Shown here piece after piece: positions 7,740 through 11,212 of a DNA stretch of 11,212 nucleotides. The stretch is from positions 1 through 11,212 of the IMG/VR virus record IMGVR_UViG_2534681675_000018; one strand, written 5' to 3'. Numbering within the stretch: position 1 is the stretch's first letter; each line of letters starts with the position of its first letter. Below the pieces are notes generated by a model. That model was not told the origin of the DNA, ran no database searches, and was given only the letters and a program-made list of their open reading frames with translations. The stretch is from a virus (taxonomy: Duplodnaviria; Heunggongvirae; Uroviricota; Caudoviricetes). A program made the position numbers and the translations under genes.

Positions 7740-7896
7740 AGCTTCAGCCCCTTGTATCCGTTAAATGATTCAGCAACAATCATCACCCACCACGCGCGTA
7801 ATCTCACCCCTGCGCTATTCTCCCGTCACGGCGACAACAAAAAGCAGTAACCCACTCCGCACGCACATGCGACCATGCCGCACAGGGAGGGAACAG

Positions 7897-9006
7897 ATGA
7901 CCGACACCACCATGCAATTGCTCAGTCAGGGCACAGACCCCGTGAAAATGCCGGATTTTGATATTCTCGCGGAGGGTAAAACGTTGTCAGGCGTGGCAGA
8001 GCGCCTGATGAGCCTGTCACTGACCGACAACCGGGGATTTGAGGCGGACCAGCTCACCATCACGCTGGATGATGCGGATGGTCAGTTGCAGCTACCGCTA
8101 CGGGGCGCGCGCCTGACGGTTCTCATTGGCTGGAAGGGAGAACCGCTGACAGAAAAAGGCACTTACATTGTTGATGAAATCGCTCACGAAGGACCGCCGG
8201 ACAGGCTGACTGTTTCAGCCAGAAGCGCAGATTTTCGGGATGAATTTAACGTTAAACGTGAGGTGTCCTGGCATGATGTGACCATTGAGCGTGTGGTATC
8301 CGCCATCGCTCATCGGTATGGTCTGAAACCGCAAATCAGCGAAATGCTGATGGATATCGAAATCGACCACGCCGACCAGACCGAAGAAAGCGACATGTCC
8401 TTCCTTACGCGCATGGCGGAAATGCTGGGCGCAATCACCACGGTAAAAAGCGGCAATCTGTTATTCATCATGCCAGGTGGTGGCGTGAACGCACAGGGCC
8501 AGCCGTTGCCCTCGTTCGCCATTACACGCAGCAGCGGCGATCGCCATCAGTTCCGTATTGCTGACCGCGAGGCTTATACGGGGGTACGCGCCTACTGGCT
8601 TGATCTTAATTACGGGAAAAAGAAAAAAGTCAGCGTAAAACGCCGTAAACCGCCAAAACCCAAAAAGGAGAAAAGCAGCAGCCGTGAAGGTGATTATATG
8701 GAAGGCGCGGAAGGCAATGTGTTTGTGTTACGCAAGACTTATCAGAACGAGCAGGCAGCAAGACGCGCAGCGGCGGCAAAGTGGCAGCAACTACAACGCG
8801 GAGCCGCAGCGTTCTCCATCACGCTGGCGCGTGGACGTGCAGAACTCTACCCCGAAATGCATGGCACGGTAACAGGATTTAAAAGCGAGATTGATAATCA
8901 GGACTGGATCATTGCAAAAGCCGAGCACACCATTGATAACAGTGGCTTTACCACGCAGCTTGAGCTTGAAGCAAAAATCCCGGAATGGATAGCAGAAACA
9001 GAGTGA
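7897..9006 (+). CDS. D: P2 gpD-like tail protein (late control gene D family)
   Basis: Start chosen at ATG 7897 (MTDTTMQLLSQGTDPVKMPDFDILAEGKTL...) because it has a strong SD AGGGAGG 6 nt upstream. The upstream part of the track ORF (7765..7896) is low-complexity and not protein-like. About 369 aa, the size of gpD, and followed directly by ogr as in P2. Confidence 0.85.
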   Translation: MTDTTMQLLSQGTDPVKMPDFDILAEGKTLSGVAERLMSLSLTDNRGFEADQLTITLDDADGQLQLPLRGARLTVLIGWKGEPLTEKGTYIVDEIAHEGPPDRLTVSARSADFRDEFNVKREVSWHDVTIERVVSAIAHRYGLKPQISEMLMDIEIDHADQTEESDMSFLTRMAEMLGAITTVKSGNLLFIMPGGGVNAQGQPLPSFAITRSSGDRHQFRIADREAYTGVRAYWLDLNYGKKKKVSVKRRKPPKPKKEKSSSREGDYMEGAEGNVFVLRKTYQNEQAARRAAAAKWQQLQRGAAAFSITLARGRAELYPEMHGTVTGFKSEIDNQDWIIAKAEHTIDNSGFTTQLELEAKIPEWIAETE

Positions 9007-9048
9007 GCAACTTAGAATAGCGGCAGCACCACGTTAAGGGAGGTCGCT

Positions 9049-9309
9049 ATGTTCCGTTGTCCGCTTTGTGGCGCATCTGCCCGTATCCGCACCAGTCGTC
9101 CGGAAAATGATTCAAACACCGTGCGGCAAAAGTATTACCAGTGTAACAATCTGGAATGCGGCGTATGCTTCTCAACACTGGAAGCTTTCCATAAATTCAC
9201 ATCGAAACATGCCTCCGGCGTTCACTCTTCAGAAGGTATCCCGTGGCATGAGCTGCCAGCTTCACACAGGGGAAACAATCAGATGAGCTTGCCTTTATCT
9301 CAGAATTAA
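9049..9309 (+). CDS. ogr: Ogr/Delta-family zinc-finger late transcription activator
   Basis: MFRCPLCGASARIRTSR...YYQCNNLECGVCF... has the C-x2-C-x22-C-x4-C arrangement and the MFxCPLC N-terminus of P2 Ogr. SD AAGGGAGG 5 nt upstream. Confidence 0.85.
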   Translation: MFRCPLCGASARIRTSRPENDSNTVRQKYYQCNNLECGVCFSTLEAFHKFTSKHASGVHSSEGIPWHELPASHRGNNQMSLPLSQN

Positions 9310-9318
9310 CAGGCAGAA

Positions 9319-9347
9319 TTGCCGGAGTAACAAAAAAGCGATAGATT
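9319..9347 (+). promoter_or_regulatory. Candidate sigma70 promoter for the Hok-like toxin transcript
   Basis: TTGCCG - 17 bp - TAGATT immediately after the ogr stop. The predicted transcript 5' end (about 9352..9356, GCGCGGGUGCC) would give a roughly 400-nt RNA ending at the 9720..9744 hairpin, the size class of hok mRNAs. Confidence 0.3.
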
Positions 9348-9369
9348 ACGCGCGGGTGCCTTTCGGCTG

Positions 9370-9633
9370 ATGGTCGGAGGGAATACCCGAAGGCCGGATG
9401 TGGAAAGGCCCCGGAAAACATTTCTGTTTAACCGAGGCCCTAACCGCATTACCTTGACAAGTGAAAGGTTAGCGCCTCTCCGGAAAAGGAGCAAGTGCTA
9501 TGTCGCAAAAATCGCTTACGGCCATCACGTTCTGCGTGACGGCAATCCTCATCATCTGGATGCTGCATGGTTCGCTGTGCGAAATACGGATGAGCTTCTG
9601 GGGAGCGGAGTTTGCGGCGTTCTTACAGTGTAA
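9370..9633 (+). CDS. Possible mok-like overlapping reading frame (modulator of toxin translation)
   Basis: Open frame starting upstream of the toxin ORF, overlapping almost all of it and ending 7 nt before its stop, the same geometry as mok/hok. Protein is low-complexity, so it may only serve translational coupling. Real start uncertain (ATG 9370 or GTG 9400). Confidence 0.3.
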   Translation: MVGGNTRRPDVERPRKTFLFNRGPNRITLTSERLAPLRKRSKCYVAKIAYGHHVLRDGNPHHLDAAWFAVRNTDELLGSGVCGVLTV

Positions 9634-9640
9634 GCAGTAA
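9500..9640 (+). CDS. hok: Hok/Gef-family type I toxin (46 aa small membrane protein)
   Basis: Not in the ORF track (below 60 aa). ATG 9500 with SD AAGGAG 8 nt upstream; TAA at 9638..9640. Protein MSQKSLTAITFCVTAILIIWMLHGSLCEIRMSFWGAEFAAFLQCKQ has an N-terminal hydrophobic helix with C-V-T-A-I and C-terminal SLCEIR...E.AAF, matching Hok (...KSLCEIRYRDGHREVAAF...). Confidence 0.65.
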   Translation: MSQKSLTAITFCVTAILIIWMLHGSLCEIRMSFWGAEFAAFLQCKQ

Positions 9641-9719
9641 GGAAACCGCGACGGGGGAGCAATCCCCCGTCAATCGGTTGCCAGGGTATGGTCGAAGTGG
9701 CACCCAAATTTAAATTGAG

Positions 9720-9744
9720 GCCCACCAGTAAGAGTGGTGGGTTT
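9720..9744 (+). terminator. Weak hairpin/terminator at the 3' end of the toxin transcript
   Basis: CCCACCA gtaagag TGGTGGG followed by TTT; flanked by palindromic AAATTTAAATT-type repeats. Confidence 0.3.
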
Positions 9745-9775
9745 AACGCTTATTTAAATTTGAAAGGAACTCTTT

Positions 9776-10078
9776 ATGAGTGAAATGGTATTTTGTCGCG
9801 GATGCGGCAAGGAAATACATAAAGATGCCACATCCTGCCCCAATTGTGGAGCACCTCAAAGAACAGCAAGTTCAAAAAGCAGAATGACAGCCGCACTACT
9901 GGCTTTCTTTTTAGGTGGTCTTGGTGCACACAAATTTTATTTAGGTAAAGTGGGGCAAGGATTCCTTTACCTTATTTTTGCTGGACATTCATTCCGGCAA
10001 TCGTGGCATTTATTGAGTTTTTTATCTATCTATGCACCTCTGATGAAGACTTTGCCCGCAAATATGGCTAATGCCTAG
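9776..10078 (+). CDS. Zinc-ribbon / TM2-domain membrane protein, with apparently frameshifted C-terminus
   Basis: N-terminal CRGCG...CPNCG zinc ribbon, then LLAFFLGGLGAHKFYLGK (TM2-domain-like first helix and GAH+FY motif). After the T5 run at 9975..9979 the -1 frame encodes a clean second helix and acidic tail (CWTFIPAIVAFIEFFIYLCTSDEDFARKYG, stop 10069..10071), whereas the in-frame continuation (AGHSFRQSWHLLSFLSIYAPLMKTLPANMANA) is not helix-like. SD AAAGGA 7 nt upstream of the ATG. Confidence 0.7.
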   Translation: MSEMVFCRGCGKEIHKDATSCPNCGAPQRTASSKSRMTAALLAFFLGGLGAHKFYLGKVGQGFLYLIFAGHSFRQSWHLLSFLSIYAPLMKTLPANMANA

Positions 10079-10097
10079 TGGGCGAATCAGAATGACA

Positions 10098-10131
10098 AAC
10101 CCGCAGCATAAAAACTGCGGGTTTTCTTTTT
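10098..10131 (+). terminator. Rho-independent terminator downstream of the TM2 gene
   Basis: AAACCCGCAG cataaaaa CTGCGGGTTT followed by TCTTTTT: GC-rich 7-bp stem (extendable by A-T pairs) plus a U-run. Confidence 0.75.
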
Positions 10132-10155
10132 GTCACCCTCACAAATGAGGGTAAC
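10132..10155. promoter_or_regulatory. Near-perfect palindrome (possible operator or second terminator hairpin)
   Basis: GTCACCCTCA caaa TGAGGGTAAC: 10-bp arms matching 9/10, 4-bp spacer, directly after the terminator U-run and upstream of the GATC dyad. Confidence 0.3.
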
Positions 10156-10175
10156 ACCACTCATAAGTAATAGGC

Positions 10176-10229
10176 ATAACAGATCGATGCAATAAATCCG
10201 ATCGATAAAAACGATCGATTTGTTATCAT
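10176..10229. promoter_or_regulatory. Dyad-symmetric element with three GATC (Dam) sites overlapping a -10-like hexamer; putative methylation-sensitive operator/promoter of the com-like operon
   Basis: GATC at 10182..10185, 10200..10203 and 10213..10216, each within GATCGAT. Outer arms ATAACAGATCGAT (10176..10188) and ATCGATTTGTTAT (10214..10226) are inverted repeats (12/13), with the symmetry centre on the middle GATC. TATCAT -10-like hexamer at 10224..10229 overlaps the right arm; com-like start codon is about 35 nt downstream. Confidence 0.45.
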
Positions 10230-10263
10230 ATCGGCAGCAGTAACCACACAAGAGGTGCCGCAA

Positions 10264-10461
10264 ATGACGCAAAATGTACGATGCAAAAATTGCAACAAAC
10301 TACTTGCCCGCGCCTCATTTCACTACATTGAAATAAAATGTCCGCGCTGCAAAACACTTAACCAGATAACGAGAGCCATCGAGCACCCCACACACATGAG
10401 GAGTTATGACCGTGGGGATCGCAATCCAGCACCAACCAGCACATACACCGGAACACACTAA
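10264..10461 (+). CDS. com: Com-like zinc-finger translational regulator
   Basis: MTQNVRCKNCNKLLARASFHYIEIKCPRCKTLNQITRAIEHPT... closely parallels Mu Com as I recall it (MKSIRCKNCNKLLF...HIEIRCPRCK...EHPT), including the four-Cys zinc finger. ATG 10264 preferred over the track's GTG 10255 (SD AGAGG 8 nt upstream). The 3' end overlaps the methyltransferase start by 56 nt, as com overlaps mom. Confidence 0.75.
   Translation: MTQNVRCKNCNKLLARASFHYIEIKCPRCKTLNQITRAIEHPTHMRSYDRGDRNPAPTSTYTGTH
10386..10417 (+). promoter_or_regulatory. Predicted RNA stem-loop sequestering the methyltransferase SD and start codon
   Basis: CCCCAC (10386..10391) pairs with GTGGGG (10412..10417). The 20-nt loop contains GAGGAG (10398..10403) and the ATG at 10406; a fourth GATC sits at 10417..10420. 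Analogous to the translation-inhibition stem of the Mu mom mRNA that Com relieves. Confidence 0.35.
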
Positions 10462-11212
10462 GGTTTATCAGACTGACAATGCCACGCTCTGTCGTGGGAA
10501 TGCGCTGGAAATATTGCCGCTGATTGAGCCAGAAAGCATTGATGCCTTAATCACTGACCCGCCTTACAGTTCGGGTGCGACACACAAGGCCGGACGCACC
10601 AACCAAGGCAGCCATGCAAAATATCTGAACGGCGAGAACCTTCACCGCTTTGATGGGTTCGCGGGTGAAAACATGGACGCCCGTTCGTGGGCTTACTGGA
10701 CACAATTATGGATGGCACAGGCACACCGCGCAGTCAGGCCGGGCGGTTATGCCCTGGTATTTACTGACTGGCGACAACTACCAGCTTTAACCGATGCGTT
10801 TCAGGCCAGCGGCTTTACATGGCGCGGCATCATTGCGTGGAACAAGGGGAGGGGGTCACGAACACCCCATACGGGGTATTTCAGGCATCAGTGCGAATAC
10901 ATCGTCTGGGGCAGCAAAGGCCATTTAGATAAATCGCCTTCGGGGCCGTTCGACGGCTGCATGACGTACCCGGTTATCCCGTCAAAGAAAATGCACCCGA
11001 CCGGAAAACCAGAAGAACTAATGGCGGAACTGGTCAGGACTGTGAATAGTGGCGGAACAGTCCTTGATCCTTTTATGGGGTCAGGGACAACGGGTGTGGC
11101 TGCACTGAAAGCAGGGCGAAAATTTATTGGTATAGAAACCAGTGATCATTATTTTGAGGTAGCAGCGCAGCGGCTTCGGGGGACTATTACCACAACCATT
11201 TCGGCTACATAA
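10406..11212 (+). CDS. DNA methyltransferase, beta-class amino-methyltransferase (N6-adenine or N4-cytosine; DPPY motif)
   Basis: 268 aa with catalytic motif IV LITDPPYSSG near the N-terminus and AdoMet-binding motif I (LDPFMGSGTTGVAALKAGRKFIGIE) near the C-terminus. This motif order defines the beta group. Start at ATG 10406 or GTG 10412; stop TAA is the last three bases of the window. No restriction endonuclease partner in the window. Confidence 0.9.
   Translation: MTVGIAIQHQPAHTPEHTKVYQTDNATLCRGNALEILPLIEPESIDALITDPPYSSGATHKAGRTNQGSHAKYLNGENLHRFDGFAGENMDARSWAYWTQLWMAQAHRAVRPGGYALVFTDWRQLPALTDAFQASGFTWRGIIAWNKGRGSRTPHTGYFRHQCEYIVWGSKGHLDKSPSGPFDGCMTYPVIPSKKMHPTGKPEELMAELVRTVNSGGTVLDPFMGSGTTGVAALKAGRKFIGIETSDHYFEVAAQRLRGTITTTISAT

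Noticed and set aside
7765-7896. N-terminal extension of the gpD ORF (track start MIQQQSSPTTRVISPLRY... at 7765)
   Set aside because: The extension is low-complexity with no RBS, whereas ATG 7897 has a strong AGGGAGG SD at optimal spacing and gives a protein of the expected gpD size.
2134-7896. Possibility that the inverted FI-to-U block is a second invertase-driven switchable segment
   Set aside because: No matching gix/hix-like inverted sites at the two boundaries. Only a partial half-site-like TTAATCAAAACAG at about 2155..2167 was seen, with nothing comparable in 7740..7896. A static rearrangement or lineage-specific order is more likely.
9197-9494. Minus-strand ORFs 9197..9421 and 9306..9494 as possible antitoxin proteins for the Hok-like toxin
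   Set aside because: Hok-family toxins are controlled by antisense RNA, not protein antitoxins. These ORFs overlap ogr or the toxin leader antisense and have no translation signals. A Sok-like RNA may still exist here but I could not identify its promoter.
10087-10272. 61-aa minus-strand ORF spanning the terminator, palindrome and GATC dyad
   Set aside because: It runs antisense across clearly structured non-coding elements, has Cys/Leu-rich low-complexity composition and no RBS; probably an artefact of an AT-rich intergenic region.
1-11212. Integrase, attachment site, tRNA gene, CRISPR array or transposase in the window
   Set aside because: No tRNA-like cloverleaf region, no direct-repeat/spacer array, no tyrosine-recombinase or transposase-like ORF seen. 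The only recombinase is the small serine invertase; the prophage ends and integration module must lie outside the window.
10406-11212. Methyltransferase as part of a classical restriction-modification pair
   Set aside because: No endonuclease-like ORF is adjacent upstream, and the window ends at the methyltransferase stop so downstream cannot be assessed. The com-like control suggests a phage self-protection enzyme instead; left open.

Overview
This window reads as a P2-like (Peduovirus-type) prophage tail region followed by a short accessory island. All calls are from reading the sequence and the ORF track against remembered protein families; no database search was run. Left to right: (1) a Mu G-segment-style invertible tail-fibre module, with two convergent tail-fibre-assembly genes, a promoterless alternate fibre C-terminal cassette, a gix/hix-like crossover site and a Gin/Hin/Pin-family serine invertase; (2) a minus-strand tail block of sheath FI, tube FII, chaperone E with an E' frame, tape measure T and gpU; (3) plus-strand gpD and the Ogr zinc-finger late activator; (4) an accessory island (about 9310..11212) carrying an unannotated 46-codon Hok/Gef-like toxin ORF, a zinc-ribbon/TM2-domain membrane protein whose C-terminus looks frameshifted at a T5 run, and a Mu mom-operon-like unit in which a dyad element with three GATC sites precedes a Com-like zinc-finger gene overlapping a beta-class DNA methyltransferase. 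The most interesting part is that com-like/methyltransferase unit together with the Hok-like toxin. The FI-to-U block is also inverted relative to canonical P2 gene order. No rRNA, tRNA, CRISPR array or transposase was seen.
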